A DNA stretch of 64,000 nt from positions 82,460,001-82,524,000 of the forward strand of contig OZ287750.1 in NCBI GenBank assembly GCA_965649765.1, in the 5' to 3' direction. The stretch's first letter is position 1, and each line of letters begins with the position of its first letter. Under the pieces are notes generated by a model. That model saw only the letters and a program-made list of their open reading frames with translations. It did no database searches and was not told the origin of the DNA. The stretch comes from Bispira polyomma (Eukaryota). Shown here piece by piece: positions 37,341-49,499 of the stretch. The position numbers and the translations under genes are program-made.

Positions 37341-38909
37341 TGCATGCCTTCTTAACTGGCTCAAACAAGCCATGGCGGTTTTGAAATGGTCACCTATTTA
37401 TCATGGCCAATTCAGGACCGAGTTTTGGCCATTTCAAAACCTTAGAAAAAAAAATATTTTAAAATAAGTGCACCAATACTTTGTTACAAAAGATATTAGG
37501 ATGTTAGTTTGTCTACAGCACTATTTATACATTTGTGGTAACTGATGTTGCAATTATAATCTATTAAATATTTACTGAGATATCTAATGTGAAAAGAAAA
37601 ACATCTTTTGTATAAAAAGTACAAAAAAACGGCATTTTCAAGTGAATATATAAATTCATGAAATTTCAATGTCTCAATAATTATTGAAGCTAGAAATGTA
37701 ATAATTATATGTCCTAGAAGCTATATTAATGCACTGTCTGGTTGTCTTATGGAAGTAAAATTAATTGAATATTGGCCGAGATATTTGAAGTGAAATAAAA
37801 TATACTGTGTATACAGTAAACAAATTCAGCATTTTAATTGACAGTTAATGTCTCCATTATATCTTATTGCATGTCAATTCAATAAAAATGTGTTAGAAAG
37901 TCAATTATATTTCTAAAAAAAAGTCCTTAAAATGCCATGGCCCTTTCGAAACTACCGAGCCAATTTACAACTCAGTACATGTCCCGAAATGGCCATGACC
38001 ATTTTGAAATCGGTAGCCAAACAGTAAATAACACATATACTAACTCAGGTAACCTTCTCCAAGTTAATGTTCCCCTAGAATTACACAAATAATAGTATAA
38101 TATTTGGGTCATGTAAATCCTGACCCTGTCCCAAATAACACGTAGGAGTATTTTATGAAAAGTCTACTTAGTTCAGTATTGGGGAAATGTCTATACATAC
38201 CAATCATATCTATAATTAGAATAAACTATTCTGATGTTTAGGACTTGATATGTTTATCTATATGTTCATTTGTTAATCAAGTCAGGCATATAAGTACACA
38301 ATCCAAGAACCAATTATATATTTAATATAGAGTTTCTTTACTATCAAAAAACGAGATTTTGTTAGGTTTTAAGCATAGATTACAAAGTTAAATCGAAAGC
38401 ATTTATCAAAGTGTCACTAGCTTTTTATAATCTATATATATAACATGGCCTTATATTTATTTATTTATTTATGATAGTCACATGCAAATATACAGTATAG
38501 AAATAAACGAAAAAATATCAACAATTTAAAGAACATTGCCTATTGATATGATACAGTGAAAGCAATTAATACAGATACTTATTGTTACTTCATGCAGCCA
38601 TATAAATGAGGGAAAACCAACACAATATTCCTGGCGTCTCTACAGTTAACTATGACATGCACTTACTGATAATACTTCAGAAGTGATTAGGTTGGAGCTT
38701 AACTTAGACTCAGTAGCCCATCTTGTGATTGACCAGCCTAACTCAATATTTGAAATGTTTAAAATTGTAAAAATATTGAATTTATTTTAATGATTTGTTA
38801 TTTATTATTTATGAGCTGAATTTTAGTACTAGGAATAGTTGGCTTTACTCGCATAACATAATAGGCTTAACTCAGCTAAGTTTGTATGAACAATTTGTAG
38901 ATTAATAAT

Positions 38910-39060
38910 AATTGGACGACAATGCCAAGGTAATCCTATTTCTCCTTGCTCATTTTTAGTGGCAGCTGAAGTTTTATTATTGTTAATTAAGTTGAAAAAG
39001 GTTATTGGTAAAATGAAGTTGAATAAACAAGAATTTGAAATAACACAATTTGCAGATTTC
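38910..39060 (+). mobile_element. Small L1/Tx1 RT fragment
   Basis: Translates as GRQCQGNPISPCSFLVAAEV...KLNKQEFEITQFAD, matching the RQGDPxSP and FADD motifs. Confidence 0.6.
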
Positions 39061-39720
39061 TTTTACTCATGACATGTACATCAGCACAATGCACAAAAAC
39101 ACACTCTTACAATATAAATAAGACAAAAATAAGAAAACAAGATACAAATAACCATCCAATAAACCCTGACAATTGGACAAACCATACAAAAGAAGCATAA
39201 AAGTGTACAATCTTTTCCATAATTACAAAGTTCCCATATTTCACACATGAATAATCTAGGTAAGTTGACATTATATTACATTTAGATACTCATGTATGTA
39301 TATTTATGTAGTGACTATATCAAAATTTATATTTTGTAAAATTTGCTTTACTTCATGGTCAGTTCCCTCAAATGATCTAGTAAATATAACACTATATATT
39401 TCGAATTTTCTCTTGATAATATGTCTAAATTCTAGAAAAGTTATGTCTTTTTTATTTGTCTGGCAATGATTTAAGTACCACTTATCATAGAATATGACAA
39501 AGTTTATAACAACATCAGCTGGTATTACTTTTCCTGTCAATCCAATGCCAAACAATACTTTTCAAATTGACAGTCTAATCCTGGGTTTTAAATTTGAGGC
39601 CACTATTAACCAACTTTCAGCCAGCTCCCAAAATTGTTTGCTGTATGCACACAAGTAAATGTGATGCTTTAATGTGTCGATATAAGAGCAGAAATTGCAA
39701 ATGGGTATTCTCTAATACTC
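39060..39720 (-). mobile_element. L1/Tx1-like LINE 3' fragment
   Basis: C-terminal Cys/His knuckle (CNFC...H...C) followed by LFGI...INFVIFYDKWYL. Confidence 0.6.
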
Positions 39721-39729
39721 CATTTATAA

Positions 39730-40080
39730 TAATAATATAATAATAGTAATATATCAGACTTTTTTAGCACTTATTTTCGTTGTAACGAATTCTAAGGCGC
39801 AAAAAAACCACAGCCAGAGTCGAAAAACATAGGTGACAGACAGAAGGAAGTCGTCATCAATGCGTCCACCGAGAATATGGAGGGAATGCATCATTGAACA
39901 GATAGGTCTTAAACTGCGCCGGAAGGAATACAGGGACGGAGCTGTCCTAATGTGTTAAGGCAAACTATTCCATAGGGTAGGGGCATCATTTGCAAAACTT
40001 TTATCAAAGTGAACCTTTGTTATACAAATTATAGTCTTTTATTAGAATTTCACAATTGAGAAAGGACGACTTGAAATCAT
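39730..40080 (-). mobile_element. L2-clade LINE 3' end
   Basis: SFANDAPTLWNSLP*HIRTAPSLYSFRRSL, then a gcgccttag...gtgcta tail with simple repeat. Confidence 0.7.
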
Positions 40081-40759
40081 TTCCTCAGCGGGAGTGAGGT
40101 CTGTATCTTCTACACTAAGAATACTGATTGATTATTACATAATTACAATAATTTATCACATAAGATCGTTTCATATTATGTCTGACACCTTAAATATACT
40201 TGAAGGTACAGAGAGTTCCACTTGTGATCATATTACAAAGCAATGTAAGCACAGCACATGCATTCAACATCAATGATTACGAAGCAGAATTAACTTGGTA
40301 ATGCGTATAATTTTAGTATTTTTGAAATGTAACAACTAATAAATGTCACAAAAATACACATCTAATAAGGACTCAATCATAGATATTCTTACAAAAATAA
40401 AACTGCATGCCTCCGCCATAAAGTTTTACAAAAAGTGGAAAAAGGACCTGCCCTTCTACCCAGATCTCCTCCAGTGTTAATGGATTCCTTGTTGGCCATT
40501 GCTCTTAACCAACCACTATATTCCATACACAGCTGTTCAGTAGATTTATTTTTGTTTAAGTCTGGAGACAAAGAATCAAAACAACCAACAGTCACTGCAT
40601 AAAATATAACTCGTTTGCAGAAGTAACGATAATAATACTAATTTTAGTAAAAAATCAATACAAATAAAGTATACTATGAATATGCAAGACTTAAATTGGT
40701 ATAATATTGCTATGATGCTTTCATGCGAAATCATAAAAATCACCATATTTTGATTGCAA

Positions 40760-40890
40760 AACACAATAAAGAAATATGTCTCTATGAACGAGATATATGA
40801 TTTTGTTATAGTTATTCCAACAGTGAATGACCCTGAAACAAAAGTGATATTTTAATAGTCTTCTGGTGTTGACCTTTCCTAATTCACATG
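40760..40890 (-). mobile_element. CR1-like LINE 3' fragment
   Basis: KVNTRRLLKYHFCFRVIHCWNN resembles the CR1 ORF2 C-terminus. Confidence 0.45.
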
Positions 40891-41199
40891 AGCCTGGGGG
40901 GGGGGGGGGGGGGGGTACTATGTATATCACCAATAATGTCTTAGTAAACATGACTTCTACTGTAAGGTTCTCCTTTGTTATTTTGGAGACATCATTTGTC
41001 GAGGGTTTCTGTGAGTCACATATATCCATTCTTTGTACTACACTACCACCAACACTGGTGTAGGTTCAAGGAACTTTGTATAGATAATTTTTTACACCTT
41101 ACAGATTATATACAATCATTAGTGTGATATTGTTAGATATGATAACCTGTACAAAAATAAACTCGTAGGTGGAATTCCTGTTACTTGTTCTTCACCTCA

Positions 41200-42165
41200 A
41201 CTGATTAAATTCACCACATAGGGAACTGTACACACCCTTATTTAGCACAGTCATTGATAGTCACAAGGTTAAACACTATATAAACTGATGATACTTAAGT
41301 CTAGCTATTACTCAACCCTCATAATGCCCACTAAAATTTGGTCCACTTGCTGACAGTACAGTTCAGTACAGTTTTGAATGAATTACTCCAAATTGAAATT
41401 AAATCCCGACAAAACAGAATTTATTCTCATTGGTAATAAGAAACAAAGTTCATTATTCTCCATTATACAATTGGGCAATAATATTCAGCTCTCCACTTAC
41501 GTCAAAACCTTGGTATCATTATTGACTCCACTTTTTTCATTTGATACATACATCAGCAACATTTGTTGGTCCTGTCACTACACAATTCGTGAAATTAAAA
41601 AAATCATATATCATTTGTCATTAGGTACTACCATTTCTGTGGCTAGCTCCCTTGTTAACAGCCGTCTAGACCACTGCAATTCCCTTTTGCTTGGAGCCAA
41701 AACATTCTCACATATACAAGTTGCAGTCCATTTAAAACTGTCTGTGTCAAGTCATCTTTCGTCTGGGTATCCGTACTAATGTCTCTCCATACCTCTAAAC
41801 AATTATATTGGCTTCCTATGCACTATCAAATTTTGTTTTAAATTCCATGTGACCACTTTCAAAGCCTTTTCCTTCAGCAACCTTAAGAGGGGGAAAAGAC
41901 TTTCCGTTTCTTCAGTAAGATCCACCAACAAGTCTGGATCAAGAGCTTTTTTTACTGCTACCCTTATGTTTTGGATTGGTCTCACAGTTGAGCTAAGATC
42001 AATAGAAACACTTTCTTGTTTTAGAAAAAACGCTCAAAACCCATTTCTTCAAACTCGGCTACCCCCATAGGTCCCTCCATGTGCACCCCATGACCTTGTT
42101 GTTACTCTTTAAGAGATGCCTCACAACAATAAGGTGCATTAAAATCCACAATACAATTATGAATG
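41200..42165 (+). mobile_element. Degenerate L2-clade LINE, 3' part
   Basis: LKLNPDKTEFILIG, SLVNSRLDHCNSLLLG and GSRAFF...FW motifs with frameshifts. Confidence 0.85.
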
Positions 42166-43559
42166 CAACATGATTTATGCACAACTTTAAGTTAGTGACA
42201 CAGTTTGTATTTTAATGATGAATAATTCTATGTGCAATGATTATCATTATCTGAGCTAGTTGGTGAATTATATTATAATTATTATTGAGAAAAATTGTTA
42301 TAAATTAGAAGTACTTGTTTTATACCCTATGTTCCTCAAGTTGACATCTATATTGTTAAGTATACAGAAGTATGTAGAAGTACATGTATTACACATCAAC
42401 TGAAAGATAATTCCATGAATTTTCGAATGGTCTGCATTATTTTCAAAACACACAAATAGTTATAACCCATTAAACTAAAATTGTATGTGAAACCCTAGAA
42501 AAAAAGTTGTCCATGAAATGGCGAAATACCTGCACTGGGGTACATTTACAATATTGTGGTGTTTTTTTTTCACAAAAAGCTGCCACACATACAATGCTAT
42601 CATGCATTTTTCAAATCAGTACATATCTGGCTTAAAAAAAAATAGTTAGCCTTTGTTCGTCTTTTTGGTAACTATAACAACAGATTAAATGTGGACTGAT
42701 AGAAGTTTATTTCATAAGAAAAATGAAAGAATTAATTGATGTTGAAATATAATGTGTTATGTTCAAAAAGCTAACACACCTTTGTTTATCTCTGGGATTC
42801 TCCTGTCTGGTAATGTGTCAAAGTAGTTACAAAGTAGGTCAAATCGCTATGCAAAATCGCTACTACTAAAGCCTATAATGTCACTGGAAACTGGAAAAGA
42901 CCCGCAAAAGTGTATACTAGATTTAAATAAAGCGGCCTTCACCTCCTTTTGACCTGCCTTTTGTAAAGGTTATTCATGTTCTGTTTCTATGATTACCATG
43001 TTGCAATGTACACAAATCATATCCACATAACATGATCAAATACACAAAACAAAGGGTAATATAATAAACAGGTAATATTTCAGGTGACACTTTGATATAA
43101 AAATATCCCCAATCATGTCGTTCAGATCACTCACTATTAATTAATATTATGCTTTTACCAGTGCTATATTTATCATATCAAAGTGTCGCCCATATCAGAA
43201 TTTATTTATTAAATGGCATTTATATTTATTGTACAAAAATGTTGGTGTCACCTGAACCCTGGTTCCATTATGCAATCATCCAGAACCCGGGAATTTCTGT
43301 AATAGTCATCATGCACTCAAGTAAAATCTCCCCTGCCTATTCTTAAGCTTTTATTTGAGATACACACTTTAAACATAAATACTTTGTAAAAAAAATCAGC
43401 CAATAGATTTTAAGTTAATCATTAATTTACTCGCTTAACATTTTTACTACCTCACTACTAAATGGCCAATAAAACCTGTCAACGACCAGATGGCATAAAT
43501 ACTTAAAAGTCCAAGAAGTGGCAGACAGTTTCTGCTGGTCAAAACATACAATTATTCAA

Positions 43560-43965
43560 TTATTTGAACACATATACACTTTTATAGACGGACAGTTTGG
43601 AAGGCTACAGACAACTTGTGTAAAAAGGTACACATGGTCAAAGAAAAACATATACACCGGTACAGAAACTTGGAAAGGCTAGTGTGTGTATGAGTGTACA
43701 GTGGTCAAAGTATAAAATTATTAGAACATATACACAAATATAGAAACTTGGAAAGATCATAGATAAGTGTTGTTTAGGAGTGCACAATAGTCAAAATGTT
43801 AATATATCATGTGCAGAGGTAAAAAATAATTTGGCAGATGATAGGCCAGTGGTGTATATGGCCGCACAATAGTCAAAGTATGACAATATTAGAACAATTG
43901 ACACAGAGTACAGAGACTTAGGAAGACCACAGACAAGTGGTGTATACGAGTGGACAATGTCATAC
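43560..43965. repeat. Degenerate ~70-85 bp tandem repeat, ~5 copies
   Basis: Recurring acatatacac...acttggaa...gtgtgt...caatagtcaaa modules. Confidence 0.6.
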
Positions 43966-44364
43966 AATTTTTTTAATTTTAAATAATAAAATAAAATCTG
44001 TGGCAACTACAGATTACCATTATTATTTTGCTGAACACAGGATTTGTACATACAGAGTCAATAATTATAAGACATAAATCTTAACCATATATAGATGTCG
44101 CCAAGTCCCGTTGTATTTGTAATGCATGAAAATATGACTTTTTTTTCTCTGACCAGACATCTCTTAAAAAGTTTGTAATTCAGGAAGTCACTATACATGC
44201 TACAGTTCAAATACACAAATGACTGAGTATGCTCATTTTCATGATGACTGCTTATAATGCATTGCCTTGGGCAAATCTATTGATACCACAGGATGATACA
44301 AAATACAGTTTGATTTAAAATAATTCTATTTATGTTATTGTTGCTAGACATACAAATTAACCCA

Positions 44365-44590
44365 ATTGGTTAGTTCAACACGTCTTACTGTGTGATATCA
44401 CGACAAGCGATTTACTGGTGAAGCAAATCTGAAGAGTGCAGTCAGTCCAGGTTTTCTGCTCTGTAAACCACCAGCCTTCAGCAAGTCTACTGCCAACTTT
44501 CCTACAGGCATGCCAGGAGTGAGATTCAGGCGAATGACTGAAGACTTGGCAAGCGGGTGTGTCACCACTATATTACCAAGACCACCCCCC
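44365..44590 (-). mobile_element. Degenerate tRNA-derived SINE
   Basis: ctgtaaaccaccagcc...caagt...tgccaactttcc core shared with the 3614-3859 and 9391-9613 copies; tRNA-like head at the right end. Confidence 0.55.
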
Positions 44591-44959
44591 TCAACCGCTG
44601 GAAAACAGGAAAAAAAGAGAAAACGTTGATATTTACCTATTGATGTTTAACAGTTTTGTGTGCGAAACCATTGTAGCCCAGACAGAATATTTCCCGCCAT
44701 TCTAGTTTACTGCAGTTTGTTTCTCTTTAACACATTGTAATTTGTTTTCTTTGGTCTTGTATATTACCAATATCACTGGTCTTGTATGTTACTAATATCA
44801 CTGATCAAAGTACTTTCACAAGATATTACTTCTAACATTACTATTTTTTTTAAATTTCAACATTTATTGTGAATTTCATCAAAATCTATTAAATTAGTCC
44901 GAGATGCAGTGTACAAGTTAATTCTGTGCTCACAGAATAGTTATATTGCCCCATATAAT

Positions 44960-46160
44960 GTCAATTTCATCTAATCTAATCTAACTTTTATAGCGCTTAA
45001 TCTTTCCTTATTAGGGGATTCTAAGGTGCAGACAGGATCCTTATTCAATTTGCATTTCCGTTAGACAAGAATGGGTCAGCACCATGGAGACGCCGGGTGA
45101 ATTTAGGGTTATGGTGGAAAAGCCTTGTCGAATAGGCAGGTTTTAAGTTTTTTTCTAAAGGATGTGAGTGAAGTTGTACAACGAATTTTGGCAGGTAATT
45201 CATTCCAAAGTGTTGGAGCATCAAGGGCAAAGCTATTGTTAAACTGACGTTTAGATTTGTGTACTGCTGAGATAAATCTTGGAACAGGCAGTTAACTTTT
45301 TTCCGGTCTGCTCCTTCTGATGTTATGACTGCATGTGTAAAGTGTGAGGTATGGATTCCAGTATAATGGAAGGCCATAATTTAAGAATTTGTAGACTAAG
45401 GTAACTGTTTTGATCATACATCTAAACTCAGTGGAGACTTCTTAAGCAGTGAAGATTTCTAAGACCGGAGTAACATGGGAGTACTTGGAATGGTTGGCCA
45501 CCAGTCTGGCTAACGAGTTTTGGTTACGGATGTCAGCCTTGGATAAACTTCTATAAAAAGAATTACAGAAGTCGAGACAACTTGTAACCAGGGAATTTTA
45601 GACTGTAGTAGCAGTACTGGCTGACAAATAGCGCCTAACCCTTCTTAGATCCCTCATTTGGATGAATAAAGACTTGCAAACTTCATGAACTTGTTTGGAG
45701 AAGGAAAACGCAGAATCAAACCACACCCCAGGTTCTTGACAGCACTTGCAGGGTACACCATCTTTCCTAAAATATTGACTGGGAAAAATCCTTAAATCTA
45801 TTAGCCTGTGCTCTTTATCCAAATAGTATAAACACAGTCTTGTCCAGGTTTAATTTAAGCATGTTGGCAAACATCCATTTTTAAACATCACTCAGACAAC
45901 TTTTTAGACTGTCGAGAAAAGTTGTGGCATTTTTATACGAGAGATGAGCATACAGATGTGTGTTATAAGCATAAAAATGGTACTTGATATTGCTGTGTTT
46001 GCTAATCATATAGCTGATCGGAGTAGTGTACAAAGAAGACAAGATTGGGCCCAGAACTGACCCTCGTGGAACACCAAACTCAAGCTTAAACAACTCTGAC
46101 AGAGTGGAGCCAATTTGCATATCAAATCTTTGATAGTTTTGTCTATGAATTTTCATTATA
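44960..46160 (-). mobile_element. Degenerate L2-clade LINE (RT 3' half plus tail)
   Basis: GVPRGSVLGPIL, HFYAYNT (decayed YADD), LKLNLDKT, LGVWFDS and APTLWN motifs; tail gcgctataaaag(ttaga)n. Confidence 0.85.
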
Positions 46161-46412
46161 GAATAATGACAATATGTTACTGCATGTTCTCCATTGCTGC
46201 TTTATACCAAAGGCGAATCCACCCTTTTTTATCAGGCGCAGCCTGGTGTTTTTTTATTCTAAAAAGAACGCTGTCATGAAAAAGGGCACGGCCACCTGAC
46301 GAATATTTTGTGAGGCCTTCATATCAAATTTCACACGGTAAGCCTGTTTCTTTTTTAAAAGACAACTCTTTTGTTATCGGCAGCAATATCAGCGGCAAAC
46401 ATGAGTCTATTA

Positions 46413-46591
46413 TACCCCTGTTCCACTATGCCGATTATACTCCCCCCCCCCCCCCCCATCTCAACAAGTATAAGTTTGAGGGCCATTATCGGGGATGAAT
46501 CGCCCCGCCAAAGACTTATCTTTTGGATTTGGGACACTCGCAGAGTGATCGAGTGTGTATTGACGGATAAGTCGGGCATCTCCAGAGTTAT
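46413..46591 (+). mobile_element. Harbinger-family terminus
   Basis: TTA|tacccctgttccactat matches the 30352 terminus (TTA|tggtgctgttccactat) and is followed by GACTTATCT motifs. Confidence 0.5.
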
Positions 46592-46783
46592 AGATATAGA
46601 AAAATGTAGCAATATTTCAGCTGTAATAAATTTTTTTTACTTGAGGACAAAATAGATGAGTTAGAAGCATTGAGACAGGAAAAGCTGACAGGTCACATAG
46701 TGAGATCTCGTATACAATGGTTACAACATGGGGAGAAACCAAGCAAATATTTTTGTTCATTAGAAAATAAACATTTTACAGAA
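46592..46783 (+). mobile_element. Tx1/L1-clade LINE ORF2, segment 5' of the Ngaro insertion
   Basis: LEDKIDELEALRQEKLTGHIVRSRIQWLQHGEKPSKYFCSLENKHFTE contains the RSR..W...GEK..KYF linker motif and continues in frame at 53094. Confidence 0.85.
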
Positions 46784-47345
46784 CAGTTACTCAGGGTTGA
46801 AAGTTAAATCAATTCCCTAGTTTACCTTAATCTAGAATGTAACACAATGAAACGACTTTGCAGTATATTTTATTAGTGACTAATGACTACTTTTTTATAT
46901 ATGTACAGTTTCAGCTTGCCTGTGGGCATAAGGTCAACCTAAATGTAATTACATTTGGATTTAAGTGTGCCATAAGGTCACCTCAAATTGAAGAATTTTG
47001 AAATAAAGGTCACCTTAAACTGAGCTTGAAAAGGTGTAAAGATAAAGTGAACATAACTTAAGGAGTATTAGGGTCAGCATAAGGTGACCCTAACCTGAGT
47101 TTAAGAAATTGTTAAGTTTAGAGGGTATGCGAGATAAGGGGACCATATATTGGCCCTAGGTTGAGTTTAAGCATACCCAAAATGTGTAATGATCAAAAAT
47201 GTTACAAATGAGTACATTATGTACTTGAGTATAGGTTGACCTTATGCCCAAGGAGAGGCAGTGTTTCCACTGCCCAGATTTATATTTTATTAGACATAAA
47301 CTTTATACATGTTATTTGTTTTCCAGCTGACCATACAAGCCAGAC
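46784..47345 (-). repeat. Terminal repeat B2 of the YR element
   Basis: Matches 48160-48449, which has internal deletions relative to this copy. Confidence 0.85.
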
Positions 47346-48008
47346 AACTAATAATGTAAAATTTTAAAAGAATGTAAAATGTAAAATAAAATATTAAAGA
47401 TAAAAGTTTATCGCAGGTTACTGGTAAAAACACTTCCAGGAGAGAGTAGACCTTACTGGCGAGGTAAGTGATATCCGCAGTGACGTCCTCACCCACTGCA
47501 TCATAGTTCTTGAAAGGCATATCGCCGGGCGAATGGTTTATAGCAGCCATTCTCAAACTTCCACTAGCTAAAACTTTCTCACTCTAGCTCGCAGCTTCAG
47601 TCCTACTTGACCGAATAGTAAGGTCCCCTAACTAAAGCACACAACCACTCACGTGAGAAAGCCAGCACAAGATTTGTTTTCAACATTAAATTAATTTACT
47701 TTGTATACAGTAGGCACCACCATCCACACAAAATTAGCACTGACGACACATTTACTCCCCAGAACAAAACCAGCCCAGTCGGTCCAAAGGTCTAAAGGCC
47801 GTAACACTGGCCTGATGTAAAACAACACAACCACAACTTGCACCCCGGCAGCTCGACTGGGAAGAGGCGTCAGAGCAGCGTGGAAACCAAGGGAACCTAG
47901 GTCCCAAGGTCATTACAAGTGATGGAATACCAACGTTCTGATAATTATTCCTCCATGATAGCACCTGAAACTATAAAAGAAAATTTAAACAGGGAAGGGA
48001 AGGGTGGG

Positions 48009-48449
48009 TGTTATAAAGTTGTTGTTCTGTGAACGTCTATTGTTTAAAAGGCGGGAGGATTTAAATGTCTGGTCTTTTATACTAGCCGCAGTCATTCAAG
48101 CATTACAATAGACTGGTACCCCATAACTGAAATCGTCTGCGCTAGGGCGCTGCCTTCTACAGTTACTCGGGGTTGAAAGTTAAATTAATTCCCTAGTTTA
48201 CCTTAATCTAGAATGTAACACAATGAAATGACTTTGCGGTATATTTTATTAGTGACTAGCATGTTAATGACTACTTTTTATATATGTACAGTTTCAGCTT
48301 GCCTGTGGGCATAAGGTAATTACCTCAAATTGGAGAATTTTGAAATAAAGGTCACCTTAAACTGAGCTTGAAAAGGTGTGAAGATAAGGTGACCATAACA
48401 TAAACTTTATACATGTTATTTGTTTTCCAGCTGACCACACAAGCCAGAC
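48009..48449 (-). repeat. Internal B1-A2 repeat junction of the YR element
   Basis: ccttct-a-cagttac at 48153-48166 joins the two element termini. TATAAAA (minus) at 48075-48081 within A. Confidence 0.88.
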
Positions 48450-48466
48450 CACCAAACCCAAGAGAC

Positions 48467-49450
48467 CTAGGAGTTAGACTGTGGTGCCAACCTGAACGAA
48501 TCCGCCACCTGAGAGCCAGCCAAAGAAGAATCAGTAATATACCTCCACACACAATCCGACGTCCAGGTGCCATGACATTGATTGTCCTGAACATTGACGT
48601 TATTGTTAAACGCAAAAGTGGCACCTGAACGTCGGAAGGAGTGGAAGGTCAGATTCGAGGCCTGGCACCCCAGCAGCTGAAGAACATTCTTCAGATGATG
48701 TCTGACACGAGTGTCAGTCAAGGCCCCCCAAGAGCTGCCCGCTTTATACTGAAAGAGAGGTGCATTACTACCAGGGGGAGTCAAGGCTAAAACATTCCTT
48801 AAGGCTGCCACAGGACATAGAATGGAGTTCGAAATTACTGGAATGGTCAACAATTTAATCGATTTGTTTGTTTGCATGGTCTTGGACCACTTAATAAGTA
48901 GCATGACATAGCCTGGCTTGAATAAAACATCCCCTCTTGCTAAATGTTTTAAGGGAGAGAATGAGGCCACCGAGTGGGGACAAAGGTTAGACAATCTGAG
49001 AAAACTGAAGAAACTGGTCAAATACACGGCCTTAAAAATTTGACCCATATAGGTACAGTCACATTTTGCAATTAAAGCTGTCAATAGAGGGATATCAACA
49101 ATACTTTTGAGTTTTACCTGGAGAGGTCTATTGATTGCCAGAGCACGGTTAAAATAAGAAACTCTGGGATCTGCAAAGCAGTCCACACATATGTGATACA
49201 AAATACATTTGGCCTTCACTGCAGACAAGTAATTTATCATTTAAGCCGACGACACTGAATTGTGGTTCAGAAATTCTAGAAAAGGTAAGATTCTAAATAC
49301 GTTCACCTGAGTGGGGGGCCAGCCCATGAAGGCCCCAAAGGTGACAAAGATCTTAAACATACTGTCGTAGGCTCTAGCTGTAGAGGCAGCAAAGGCAGAA
49401 TGCAGCCTAAGACAGGCCCGACTTGTCAACAGTGAGTCAACTGGGTGCAT
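48467..49450 (-). pseudogene. Tyrosine recombinase ORF (one in-frame TAA at 49241-49243)
   Basis: Catalytic R (FLRLSN), K (WSKT), H-x-x-R (HSFRRSGA), HG-x-W and Y (WRYI). The N-terminal domain from ATG 49450 is in the same frame upstream of the stop. Confidence 0.88.
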
Positions 49451-49499
49451 ACCTAAAACATTACATGAGAACACAGAAAACAAATTTAAATGGTTGTAT

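Noticed and set aside
43560-44006. ~80-bp periodicity as possible C2H2 zinc-finger or LRR exons
   Set aside because: No consistent Cys/His or Leu spacing, stops in the frames checked, and variable unit length.
48467-49240. Phage integrase or bacterial contamination
   Set aside because: Embedded with gag, RT-RNase H and split direct repeats; it is the retrotransposon recombinase.
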